From contig JBHGNT010000014.1 in assembly GCA_043228905.1 (NCBI GenBank), positions 8,556,001 to 8,620,000 on the forward strand: a stretch of DNA of 64,000 nt, read 5' to 3'. The notes under the pieces are model-generated. The model made no database searches and was not told the origin of the DNA. It was given only the letters and a program-made list of their open reading frames with translations. This DNA is from Azolla caroliniana. Lineage: Eukaryota > Plantae > Polypodiophyta. Both the position numbers and the translations under genes were made by a program. Below, in pieces: positions 38,721-51,440 of the stretch (within the stretch, counting starts at the first letter, position 1; each line of letters opens with the position of its first letter).

Positions 38721-39833
38721 TGTTACGGGCATGACCATATAATATCCTGTGGTGAGAATTTACCATAGTATTCTATACACGTGGATAAGTGTGAGGGTTA
38801 AACGAGAGTGTAAAGAAGGGGAGGATTGAGACAACCCATTAGGCCAAGTGTGAACTTGCATGGGGGCCTTGGGTATCGCTATAAATATGAGGCCTAACTA
38901 CCCTCATTTCATCATATCTTGACTACGTCGAGACTCTATTTCGTGGTGGGTCAACTCTTGTAGCGAGCGCGCCAGTACCAGCCATGACTCGACGCCACGG
39001 CGGTGGTATGGGACATTGATCGAGGCTCGAGTCCGTCTCGCTCCCTTCGCTCAGGGGTGGTCGGGTGGATCGGCACCCTTCTTTCTCTCTCTCCTTTCTA
39101 TCTATCTATCTATCTTTTATCCTTTCATATGCTTACTTTAGATCATAACTCTAACAATTGGTATCAGAGCTTATGTTTCTAATGTTTCCTTTGGTTGTTT
39201 TTGTCTTCTTGATGGATGGTGATCGATCGACGTGCGGTCGACCTTGATCCAGATGACAATCAACAAAGGAACTTTGGTAACTCTTTTTTGTTTTTTTTTT
39301 GTATTTTTTCTTCTCCCATCTAATTGTGTATATGGTCAATATGATTTTTTTTTCATTGATTCAATGATGTTGTAGTGGTAATTAATTGGTTGTATAAAAC
39401 ATGTACATATGTGTATGAGGTCAATACCTCATTTGACATATGTTTAATATGTGATTAGTGTCGTATGTGTACGAGGTTAATACCTCAATTGCGTAATACG
39501 TTCACATACATATGTTACGTTTGCGTATGAGGTCAATATCTCGATTTCTATGTAAATGATACGCGTATGAGGCCTAGCTATCCTCATTTCATCATATCTT
39601 GACTACATCGAGACTCTGTTTCGTGGTGGGTCAACTCTTGTAGCGAGCGCACCAGCACCAGGTACGACTCGACGCCACGGCGGTGGTATGGGACGCCGAT
39701 CGAGGCTCAAGTCCGTCTCGATCCCTTCGCTCGGGGGTGGTCGGGTGGATCAGCACCCTTCTTTCTCTCTCTCCTTTCTATCTATCTATGTTTTATCCTT
39801 ATCATATGCTTACTTTAGATCATAACTCTAACA
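38721..39833 (+). mobile_element. Small non-coding LTR derivative (TRIM-like) inserted in the Copia 3' LTR
   Basis: LTR 38721-39156 (TGTTA...TAACA), PBS TGGTATCAGAGC at 39159, 5'-truncated second LTR ~39566-39833; 5-bp TSD GGAAG. Confidence 0.85.
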
Positions 39834-40326
39834 GGAAGGATGAGCTGGATCGGTATCCGGAAACAGCACCCAGATCGGGGAGCCGGATTCAAATGTGAAC
39901 CGGAAGGCTAGTAGTAGCCTATACGCGTCTAGACTACTAGGTAGTCAGAGTCCTCGTAGTTAGTATCAATCGCTCGTATGAGCATTGAAGTACATGGTAC
40001 TTCTGTCAATCCTCCAAGGACTTGTATAAATAGTGATGTCAAGCACATTGTATGTACAGAGAGTAACAGAGTATTGTTATTTTTTTAATGGAGTTTATGT
40101 TCTGCTCTCTCTATCTCTCCCATGCATATTCTCTGTGTTAAGGTTTCCATTAAACCTCCTCTCTTTTTCTATTGTTATCCGGCGGAGCTGGTTTTGTCGA
40201 ACGCTTCCGCACGTTTACTTTCACACTTTTATTGACCTCGTGTAGGTGAGTATTTGGTTTACCACATTGTCTCATATGAGTGTTGTATGGAACAAAAGAA
40301 ACCATGAGCATTATGCAATATCCATA

Positions 40327-40905
40327 TGTTATGAATCGACCAGCCACAACTAGTCTTTCGTTCGTTTTCAAGTGAAGAAAACAAGAGAGAGCTAGTACAC
40401 AGACAGAAAAACATGAAGACAAGAAAACAAATATAGAGAGAGAGACTGGAGGTTTAATGTCGAAACCCGAACTAGGAAAACCATGTGGAGTCCACAAACT
40501 CCAAAATAGAATCACTATGATGATGAGAGGAGTACAACAAGAAGCTCGGAGGCAACAACCTCGAGTTCTTCCTCTTCAACAGACGGTTGTAGAGACACAC
40601 TCATTGACGCTCATACTCTCTCTCTCTCTTTCTCTTAGTTACATAGGCAACGACTTGGGCTAACTCTATCTCACAATAATGATACATCACATTCTAAGGT
40701 TTGCCCTAACTATATATATACTTATACAACTTTATGGCTATTTACATACATAGCCCTCATGGGGCACATTTCGACTATTTACAAATGTAGTCTCCCGAGT
40801 TGGCTATATCCACGATTTCGGTTTTGGCTTCAGCCTTTCGGCCTCGGCCGAGTTACTCATCAACTCAGCTCTTTTCTTCCCATCCAGAGGGACCTATTCC
40901 CAACA
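40327..40905. mobile_element. Solo LTR flanked by a 60-bp direct duplication
   Basis: TGTTA...CAACA termini; flanks 40267-40326 and 40906-40965 are copies of each other. Confidence 0.7.
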
Positions 40906-43900
40906 TTGTCTCGTACGAGTGTTGAATGGAACAAAAGAAACCATGAGCATTATGCAATATCCATATATATGGCCACTTATTAAGTCACTAATATGCCAAA
41001 TTTCATGAACAGATCCATCATTTCTATATAGATCTATTTATTTATATAATGTACCCCATAAACTAATAATCGGTGAAAGTTCATGGGCAATAGCAACTAT
41101 TGCATATCCCTTATCATGAATATATGTGCTATACCAAGATCTTTCCAAGCTGTCAATGTAGATTTAGTGTATCCCTTATGTCTAGCTCACTTGCTAGATT
41201 CACAACTTAAATAAAAACTAGTAGTCTTCCCTATTTTTCTATCATATATGCATAGATGGCCATTTGCCTTTTTGTGCAAAGTCTTGCATTTTGCACTTGG
41301 ATTCTTGCACAACGAGTACATTGCTTCATCAAATGTTGGGCTTCCCCAATTGCTTTCTAAAATTTAAGTATTAAGACACTTTTTATACATTTAATATTTG
41401 TAACGTTATATCACTTTTGACTTATCTCATGCATCATGACATCATTATTTGAATCTTCACCATTCAATTGAAAGTTCCAATGAGTTCATCGTGCCAAATC
41501 TAATCAACTCATTAAAACAATAGTTATAAAAACATCCATTGTTTACAAAGTATTGAGGAGGAATGGGTAGTGGACTTAGTACACCGTATCGACACTAGAT
41601 TTGCCATTGAAGAGGAATGGTCATTACTTTTAAGTCCAATATCTATGGCTTAAGCACACATATAGTAGATGTGAAAGAATATATCAAATGTATTACAAGT
41701 TGTAAATCACATGATGAGGAGCTTTTCAATTAACGAATACCATATTGATGATACCGATAGAAGAACCTTCAAACATACTTGAAAGATCATTCTAAAAGCA
41801 ATTGAAAAATCACGACATGAAATGTCTTATATTTAAAACAATCGGTGCAAGAAGCCACAAACGACAAAGCTCATAATGAAGCAAAAGATATAGAATCATG
41901 CAACTTAGAAAGCTCATATCCGAGAATAGGTTATGAGAAGCCATACATAACATATTGATAAAGCTCAAATCACATGATGAGACTCAACATATGTTTCTTA
42001 AATCCCAAAAGAGAGATAAATATAGACGGTGTGGTGGAAGAAAGTACTTACTAGGCCCTGGTACCCATTAGCTATTTTGATGCAGGCGCATGTGCGGGTG
42101 TAGGTTTTGGTTCTAATGCACTTGTAGATGCAGGTGTAGCAAGTTTCAAATTTTGAAAAATTGGGGAAAATGAATTTATGCAGGGTTTTAATAATGTTGA
42201 AGTTGTGCCTGGGTTAGGATTATAGGATTATAAGGCCTGGGTTAGGTGAAAGGACGCCGGGTTAGGATTATAGGATTACAAGGCCCGGGTTAGGTGAAGA
42301 CTCTGGGTTAGGCTTAGATAATTACACTGCCCGAATTAGGTGATGAGTGGCCGGGTTAGGTAATCAAATAGCATCATCACTACCCGGGTTAGATGTGACA
42401 GGGGCTCGTCAAACCTGGGTTAGGTTTTAAGTGTGTGCTTTTTATAGATAGAGATCGAACGGTGCAGATCGCACGCGCCATTGAAAACATGTTTTGCACC
42501 GTCCGTGTCCGAGATTTCCTCACCAAGCCTCATTATTATCTAGTAGCAAATAGAAACGTTGGGAGGGGAGGGAGAGTGTGAGGCTCAGTCGCTCATTATC
42601 TATACATATTATTATGTATATATCTATCTATCAAATCAAAGTGAATGAGTGAGTGAGATGGATTATGATGATGGCAGACCCGCCTGTCACCATATTATGT
42701 ATGTATGGAGCAGAGAATCCATTCATTGTGGCTTTACCCAATGGAAAGTTCTGCCCAAATGAAGATATTGTTGCGACCAATACCCCTTTTTTGGATAGAT
42801 TTAAAAATAGACCAACTCACATGGTTGATAGCCTGATTTTTTATGAAATTGTCAAGTATATTGCTCATTGCTTCAGGCAAAGCGTTTCATGGCCTCAAGT
42901 ATTGACATTTGTTATGTAATTGTTGCTAGCACACTACCGCATAAGGATTCTGATTTGATTTCCTATGTTGCTCGAGTATGATTTCTTCTCAAGGATCCCA
43001 GTTCATTTCCTATGTTGTTTGAGCATGATTTCTTCTTGGTGCAGCTCGATCATTATTGAATTTCCCTTAAACAATTTACTTGAATTTTTATCCACATGGT
43101 TGTAGTAATATGGTTCAAGGTTTCTTGTGGTTGGATTCTATACTTTTAGAGTAGAATATTTTCCCTACAATTGGTCTACATTGCTAAGACAAGAACTCTT
43201 TGAATTAAGTGCAATGAAAGAAAAATGACCATAATGTAAAAGCGAGCAAGTTTTTTCACAATCGTAGGATTTACTACTATATTGCTCATGACAATATTGT
43301 GCACTCTTTGCCATACAATTTGAATGACCAAACATTGATTCCCACTTTGGTTCACATAACATCATCATGAGTTATGCGTTGCAACTTGAACCATAATTGG
43401 ATTCAATAGCTTGTCATCATGCAATCATTTAGGTTTGAGACGTTTAAGACAATCATCACACAATCCCAAGATATTCAAGTTGCACAATGGTTGGTCAATA
43501 TCAAAATATGATCACCAACTTTTCAACAACGCATTTCCTCAAGTTTGATTGATCATATATTTTTAGCTCATCAAAGTCAAGTTTGTCGAATATGTTGTCA
43601 ATAAGTCAACCGCAAAACTACTCATCTATAACTTTCTTTTAGAAACAACTTCCAACATTTTTGAATGTTTCAATCATGGAACTTATTCTTGTCTTCTTTA
43701 GAATTATGAATGCTTTCAATTACAACACATACGCGAGCAGTTATAATAACATATAAAACACATGTGTTTCCCTTAAATCTATTTACAATCTTTGAAGTTT
43801 GACTACACTTAGGAGACTAAGTTTAGAGACATGCTTCCTTTGACCTTGAAGTAAATGCATGCATTTACTACCATCTTTACATGTCCCTCCCTCCCTTAGC

Positions 43901-44625
43901 TCATTAGGTTTTGTGCAATTAACAATGTAATTGATACTTACCCTAGGATTTTCTCCTAGCGTGGCCTTAGGAACACAATGCTAGTGTTCTCAACCCTCTA
44001 GGTGTGTGAAATGAAAATTAATCCTTGCTAAATGTATTGAATGATAATTTCCTGCAGGGTACTAGTCAATATGCATTACATAAAAGGTTTGAATCAACTA
44101 CTATATACACATAATCTATATTAACATGAGAGAGAGAAAGAGAGAAACAAAAAAAGTACATAACGAAGCAAACAACTAGAGAGCAGGAATTCTCCATGTA
44201 ATCTCCACCCAAGCAAAATGTGTCACTATTTCCTTTCCTTGTATCAAAATAAGTTCTATCAAGTTTTCAAATGCTTGTGATGATGTTTCTGCCTGTTTCC
44301 ATAAAAATCCAAGTAGAGCTCAATTATTTCACTGAATTTTGAGGTCAAATCATTGTTATATATGCACACAACTTGACCAAAAGCCATTTCACTTCATTTA
44401 GCCTCTAGCATATCTCAATGTTCTGCCTATTTCCGTAAATATCTAGGTGGAACACAATTATTTCATTGCCCAAATTTAGCGGTTTGTTCATTCATTCTTC
44501 ATAAGCACACAACTTACTCAAGAACCATTTTATAGCTGTCCAACCTTTTAATTAGTATTTGTGAGGTTGGGAAAACTTAATTTTCCCTGACAAAATAAAT
44601 CACATGAATGGAGACAAAACAAACC

Positions 44626-44745
44626 AAATTGTCCAATTGGTATGTTAACTCAAACAAATGTTGTAAGACATCATTGAGTCTGACAAACTTGTCCAATTGG
44701 TATCTTAACTCTACAAAAAGTCGTAAGAGATCATTAAGTTTGACA
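44626..44745. repeat. ~60-bp tandem duplication downstream of PYM
   Basis: TTGTCCAATTGGTAT(G/C)TTAACTC...TGACAAA occurs twice. Confidence 0.65.
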
Positions 44746-44997
44746 AAAAATGTAAAAAGACAATCACACAAACAGAGACAGAATGATAACAAATAAAAAT
44801 CATCTGGCTTTCGTATCTTAAAACTATATAAAGCAATAGAATATACAACAAAACACCAGAACAATTCATCAATATACTTCATCAAACAACAAATCTTTAC
44901 ATGTCAAGTTTGAACAAAGTCGAAGTTTTGCTGATTTGGCAGTGTTATAATAAAAAGAAAAGAATGTTTATAAACTTACAGCCATTGGTTCAAAAGA

Positions 44998-47900
44998 TCA
45001 TAGTTGTTTTTCCATCTCATCCAGCTCTTTTCGCCAGATATCTAATCTCGAAAGCTTCATTGCTTGCTCAGCATTCAGAGACCCTTTGCTTTCTAAAGAG
45101 TTCTTTAGTGTTTCGGTTTCACGAATCTACATATATATGCATATCAAAACATTATAAATACGTATAGTATATATTTTACTATCTAGAGGTTGATTTTGAA
45201 AAGCTCTTAAAAAACATTAAGATGGGAAATACACCACAGTACACTCCTAACATTTTTTGATATTTCCCAGAATACTACTCCCCTTGGATTCCAAAAATTT
45301 ATCCAAAAACCCCTCCCCTTGGTTTCCATAAACTACCAATTTACCTGTCTAATTCATCAGAACTACAACGCTTCAGATCTTTTCTAATTAAAGAAGATGA
45401 TGTTTTCTTTTAGCAATTAAAATCTGCCGTTTTCTCTACCAAAAGATAAAAGAAAACCATTTTCTCCTTTAACAAATACAAAAAATTCCTAACCTTCTTT
45501 CATCTAACAAAATAAAAGGAAAAGAGAAAACCAATTTTTCACTACTACTACGATGATGACAAGGGGAGAGAGAGAGAGAGAGATAAGACAAACCTTTTTT
45601 CTCAGGGCTCTTATTCGTTTCTCCATATCGGCACCTTTAGGGTTTCCATCAGTTTCAATGGTCACCTCATTGCTCTTAACCAATAATGCACCAATTTGTT
45701 GAGTCACAGAGTCTATTATATCTTCTTTGGAGCTTGAATACTTGGTTTCATTTGACACTACAGATTCAATTTTTCCTCCATTCGCTCCTGAAAAGGCTGC
45801 TTCTACCTATCAACAGATATATGCAAGCGCATGACAGCAAGTTAAGGATAAATGCCCCAGTTTTAGACGAATAAATAAATTGATTATTATTATTGCTTGA
45901 CAGGTTTATCTAGTTTTAGAAGATAAATAAGAACATCAAAATATACTTCATTTATTATTTTTAGTTCTTCGTTTTATTTATTCGTTTTAGTTATTTAAGA
46001 TGATTTCCCCCCATCCACATGTATGTTCATGTTCAGTCAGCAAATATCAATCACCTCCATTTAACAAATGGAAGGTATAATAGATTTAGAGAAGGAAGAA
46101 ACAAACTAGATTTACATAAAGACCACAATTATCAGATCTCAGTTAGTTTCGTAGCAAGAAAGAGAATATTATTATCATCTATAAAAGGTCAAAATGACAC
46201 AATAGCATTTTCACAACTATATTAAAATTGTAAAATAATTGTATCATTTTCCATGAGACGTTAATTCTTTTGTTTCATATCTATAGATATGTGAAGATAT
46301 TGCTTTCAGTTTATTTTCTAAGCAGCATATAGATAGGGATGTATAAAAAAATGCAACATGGTTTTAAGTTTTCTGCTATTTTCAATGAAGAAACAACTAA
46401 AAAGGCTTCTATTATGAAACTTTCACCCACCTGATTTGGAGGGGATTCCTCAACACAATATTGAGCCTATTAGTCGTAAATAAAAAATCAATTAGCTATA
46501 TTATTCTTGGGTTTTGGGTTCAGATATATAGACTGCTTCCTGTGGACATATTATTCTTAACACTTAATCTGGAAACAGACAGTCATTGCGCTCTCTTTAA
46601 GTGAGGTAGGTAGTTTTGAAGTTATGTGATCAAGGGTAAAAGAGTTAGTGATAACGGCATGCTAAAGATTAAGGTATCAGAGCTAAGACATAGCAGCGAC
46701 AAAAGAATTAATCTTCAAATGTTATAGATAATTAATTAGGAGAGTTATAATGATATCGTACAAATCTTTACATTTAGTATTTTACAAAGAAATTTTGAAA
46801 AAATAAGAAGACAAAAGATGCACACTATCTCTTGTTGGAGAATATAGAACTCAAGGACATATTGATATGCGGAAATTCTAAAAAGGAGACTCCAAAAGAT
46901 TCACTGAAGCATGACAACAACTTCGCTCATGATATCATGGTGTGATTTGCAAGATGAGAATACTTTGTAAATCATATTCAATATGAGAATAATTTATCAT
47001 TGTTTTCATCAAGAAGAGTGTGGGAAGGACCACTTGTGTTACATGAGATATTTCTTAATCAAGCTATCAATGTAAATATCCTTGATATGCGCACTCCTCT
47101 TAATCTCAGTGGATAGCTATGAGTCCTTTTTCCAAAATCCCCTGAGTATGACATAATATGCACTCTTGATGCCAAATCATGGTGTTTATGACCAGATTTT
47201 AATGTCAACTTCTTTTACATCACCCAAATGCATTTTTACTACTCTTTTAGGGCTCCCAAGAAAATAGAATAAAATATTTTTATTATACGTTTTTTAATGC
47301 CTATATTCCATAACATATTATGAGTTTAGTTGTTTTCATTACATTTCCGGAGAGGTAAATTCTCAACAAATAATTTATATAATTTTAATGATTTATCATT
47401 TGGTACTATCCATTTGCGATTGTTTGAATACTCTACAATTATATCTTAATAGATTTAACCTCAATCTAGACACGTGTGATAATAAAATTGCATTCCTTTC
47501 TCCACCACTTGACCAACTGTATCATGCCAGGAACATGAAGCACATTAGTCACTGTTTTAGTAGTTTTTGCGTGCATCTCAAAATTTACATTACCACGTTC
47601 TCTAGCAATATGACATGTGCCATCATCAGCATTATTTTACGAGCTATGTGGGTTAACTCTATCGTATTGAATTCCTCTATCAGTAAGTGTTACAGTGGAT
47701 GAGTGAAAGCAGAAATGCAACGCCTTTGAATTACAATGCTTAGCAGGTTCAAGGTTGTTACAGAAGTCAGTCATGAGAGTGAAAGAATAGATCTGTGGAA
47801 TTTTTTTCCTCTTAGGAAAACACCCCAGACTTTTCCAACAGTTTCATATTCTACTTTCCATACCAATCTGTTAGGACTGATTCTAGAGTATATCTTTGTT

Positions 47901-49010
47901 ATGAGAATGCTTACTTTTTAAGGCATAGTCTCCAAATTATACACTTAAATTAATTACATGACTAATCAATTAAAATATATGGAAATGCTACAATTTAGTA
48001 GTACTTACCTCCAGGTTCCATGCAGCCATACTATCCTTAGAAGCATGTAGAGCGATCCTTGGGATCAATATGTACATCAAAGGTGATCAAAGCATAGACT
48101 ACCAGTCATACAGGGGAAGCTCATGGAGAACAGGAAGATCAGGAAGAATGAATAAGAAATTGTGACACAAGGGTAGTATCTTCTATATACAATGTACAGC
48201 AATAAACTCTACCGCACGCGTATGCACTGCTTCATACCATAGCCATTTGCCATTTGGGTGACCAAAGTGGCTAAAGACCTCGTCTGAACTGAGCTTCTAA
48301 TAATGTAATATATGTATGGTCATAACATTGCTTACAGTTATTCCAACATACATATATTAGTTCCCAAAATTTGAGAAGCAAGCTTATCATATTTCAGAAC
48401 ATGATTGATTGTCAACATCAAAGGGAAAACGCATCTGGCATTTCCACCCTCAAGAAGCTTTGAGAATAAGAAAAACAATTGGGTTGGTGCTTTGCCAGTC
48501 CTTATACCAATATGTATCACTCTTTTTCTAGTATGATGTTGTCTGTTCAGGGTCAAAAAAATAATTACCTGGTGCTTCTTTTCTTTCCTCTTTTGATTCT
48601 TCTTCGCAGCTTTTGTTTTCGGTTTTAGGGACAAGTCCTCAGATGGGTCATATCCGGGTGGAACTTCAGGCTGCCCTTTTTTGAACTGCACAAAAGAAGG
48701 GTTCACAGAGAAATGGGGAATGTAAGTAAACCATTGCTTTATGCACAAAATTCACATGAAAAGAGAAAGAGAAAGGGAAGGGGAAGGGGAAGGGGAAGGG
48801 GAAGGGGGGGGGACTTACAAGGGCACCTTTGGACTGATAGATGGCAACCTCATCTTGGGGCGTGTATCCAGCGCGGATTCTGATGGGCTTTCGCATACTG
48901 CCGTCTGGGCGACGTGTGGCGGCCAACACACGCTCTCCCTCTCCATCTCCATCTCCCTCTCTCTTCCTCCTGCTGCTGCTGCTCCCTTCCTCATCCTCAC
49001 ACTCCTCCAT
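44998..49010 (-). CDS. PYM: Partner of Y14 and Mago (PYM/WIBG), 4 exons, ~216 aa
   Basis: Exons 48819-49010, 48569-48685, 45594-45806, 44998-45126. Mago-binding motif GERVLAATRRPDGSMRKPIRIRAGYTPQDEVAIY; KPKTKAAKKNQKRKEKK; EKRIRALRKKIRETE...LNAEQAMKLSRLDIWRKEL. Confidence 0.93.
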
Positions 49011-49247
49011 AACCACTATACTCAACTCCTCAAATCTTCTTTCTTTCTTTCTATCTGTCTGTCTTTCTGTCTTTCACGCTTCCTCCCTCCCTCCCTCCCT
49101 CCCTTCTCAAAAACCTAAATCCTCTCTCCTCCTCCCACCAAAGAAATAACTCCTTCCTCTTCCTCTTCCTCTTCCTCTTCCTCTGCCTCTTCCTCTGCTG
49201 CTGTTGCATCCATTCATTACATATATATTACATTATTATATATATTA

Positions 49248-50306
49248 GGGAAAAGTACCAGGATACCCCCCTGGAAGTTCGTCTATTTACTAGAATGCCC
49301 CTGGAAGTTCCAAATTTACCAAACTACCCCTATATCCAAAAAAATACACTTTATAAAGTAATTATACTACAAGCCCTATTTACCAGAATACCCTTCAAAC
49401 ACAAATTTCTTTACTTAAGCGATTCTTTGGGTCCTTTGTACCTAACTATGTAGTCTTTCTTTTCTTTCTTGTTCATTGGGTTGATCAATCGTCTTCATCA
49501 TATTGTACATTATTAGATATTTTGTTGAGTCGATGGATATATTTGATTTTGTGGATATTTTTGAAATTACACTTTTTGTAGACGGATCAAAATTAACATG
49601 TAATTATTACATTTCAATAATTAATTTTGGTTTGCAAGTATTTTTGAAATTGATGAGATTGAGGAGATTTAGTTGTGATTGCATTTTGCTAACAAAATTT
49701 AGTGTAAAATCATGAAATTTGGTTTAAGATGGCATTTTAATAGCAAAGTGTTATGTGAGATTTCGTTTAAAATGACATTTTGGTAGCAAAGTTTTTCGTG
49801 AGATTTGGTTTAACATTTTGGCCACAAATTGTTTGTGAATCCACAAATTCATGGAATTTGGCTTCAAAATGGCATCCCAATGGTAAAATTTGGTGTGCAA
49901 TCAAATCTTTTGGTTTTAAGATTAGGTTTTCGTCACTTCAATCACAAATTTTGGTTTTATAGGATTAAGCCAATATAACTCAGTGTAAATTCATAGAATT
50001 GGATTTTAAGGTGATCTTTCAATTGAAAATTTTGATATATAATATAATTTTGATAATTTAGTTTGATTTATGATGTATTTTGAAAAATAAAAGTGGTATA
50101 AATTGGTCAAAATAAGTATATAGTGGCATTATGGTAAATAAGTTTAGGTTTAAGGGTACTCTGGTAAATAAGGCTTGTAGATTTGAGTGTATAATTACTT
50201 TATAAAGTGTATTTTTTTGGACATAGGGGTAGTTTGATAAATTTGGAACTTCCAGGGGCATTCTAGTAAATAGACGAACTTCTAGGGGTATCCTGGTACT
50301 TTTCCC
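49248..50306. mobile_element. Mutator-like MITE (long TIRs) upstream of PYM
   Basis: ~150-bp TIRs GGGAAAAGTACCAGGATACCCC...GGGGTATCCTGGTACTTTTCCC; perfect 9-bp TSD TATATATTA. Confidence 0.92.
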
Positions 50307-50462
50307 TATATATTAGTCTTGGGTCCTCCTCTTTTTCTTTTTCTTTTGGGGGAGGAGCCTGGAGGGGATGGGATACATACATACATACATACATACAATA
50401 TAATTTTATATCAATAAATGTTATACATACATATATGTCTCTATGTCTCCTACTGAGCGAGC

Positions 50463-50770
50463 GATGTGCCTATTTGCACCTAAATCATAAATAGTGTTGG
50501 CGAGGGAATCGCGACCATGGAAAGTGTAGATCACTTAGCTGAGAGCGCGCGCGATTTGCACCATCCAATGTGGATAAAAAAACAACGCACAAAATATAAA
50601 ACTTGTCAGTAGTCACCCAACTCTAACACCCTTTGTCACCCGACAACTCGTAAGTCGCCTAACTATCCCAGGTCAATCACCCAACTAGTTGTAGCAAGTC
50701 TAAACTATCACAGGTCTGTCGCCCAAGCAAGTGCAGTCACCCGACCAAATGTGGTCGCCCAACTAATACT
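50463..50770 (+). mobile_element. Terminal region of a second MULE related to the 22722 element
   Basis: CTATTTGCACCTAAATCATAAATAGTGTTGGCGAGGGAATCGCG aligns with the TIR at 22729-22772. It is followed by GTC(A/G)CC(C/T)AAC-like subterminal repeats. The partner TIR is not in the window. Confidence 0.6.
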
Positions 50771-51440
50771 TGACATTGTATAAAACCCTGAAACATGTCA
50801 CTTTGTCACATTTTTTAAATGAGACTGTTAGGGTATTGTGGAGGGAAAAACAAAATCAGCCAACCAAGCGTTGACATGCATTTGGAACAACATCTTCATC
50901 GCCACCTACTTACTTCACATGTTGGTATTCTATTTGTTTCTATTTGTTCTGCAAATTTTTTATACTAGAAATCATATATTTCGTGAAAATGGTTTCGAAA
51001 TTATAAATATGTTTTTTTGTATGACAGTGGCATTCCAAAATCTTCCAAGTTTAGGTGCAAAAGAAAAACTATGTGCATCGTGAATGTGGACAGGAATAAA
51101 CATTCTTACTTTGTTTTGCATATGCTGGCAAAAAAAACAATTTGGGTGCTACGTTTTGTAAGGTTTAGGGTTTAGGGTTGCAATGTTCATTTAGTTTTGA
51201 TCTTCTAAAATATTTGAACTAAGTATTGCACTACACAAAATGGAAATGAGGAAACTTGAAATCAAGGAACTTTGCATGCATCGTCAAAGTGTTATGTTTT
51301 CCCAATCATTAGCCAAAGAATAACTTGAAAACCCTTTCTTTTAATGGATGCCCCTCCTTTGGACAAAGATTATATGAATATAGATTGGATGGATGTTAAA
51401 CAATAGATTAACTAACACACACTCGATATGTTGTTACAAC

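Larger units (their letters stand above)
33435..40225 (+). mobile_element. Degenerate Ty1/Copia retrotransposon (5' LTR 33435-33851; 3' LTR 38653-40225, interrupted)
   Basis: PBS TGGTATCAGAGC at 33852; gag CCHC (C*YCGRKGHRESEC); protease WYVDSGASNHMT; integrase LIHSDVWGP; RT LLYVDDLVITG with its N-terminal part deleted near 36960; RNase H IYCDN...HARTKHIEVHY; PPT TTGAGGGGGAG; TSD CATTT/CTTTT. Confidence 0.92.
22722..42560 (-). mobile_element. Large Mutator-like element (MULE) with nested LTR insertions
   Basis: Long imperfect TIRs (CTCGTTTCTATTTGC...GAGGAAA...ACACGGACGGTG versus its reverse complement at ~42380-42560); CTAACCCGGG/CCGGGTTAGG subterminal repeats; TSD GGGAGGGGAGG at 22711-22721 and 42561-42571. 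Confidence 0.85.

Noticed and set aside
42650-43900. Degenerate coding-like sequence between the MULE and PYM
   Set aside because: No recognisable motif, termini or open frame.
47995-48045. Strong minus-strand splice donor (GAG|GTAAGT) in PYM intron 2
   Set aside because: No convincing acceptor, and the PYM protein is complete without it; needs RNA data.
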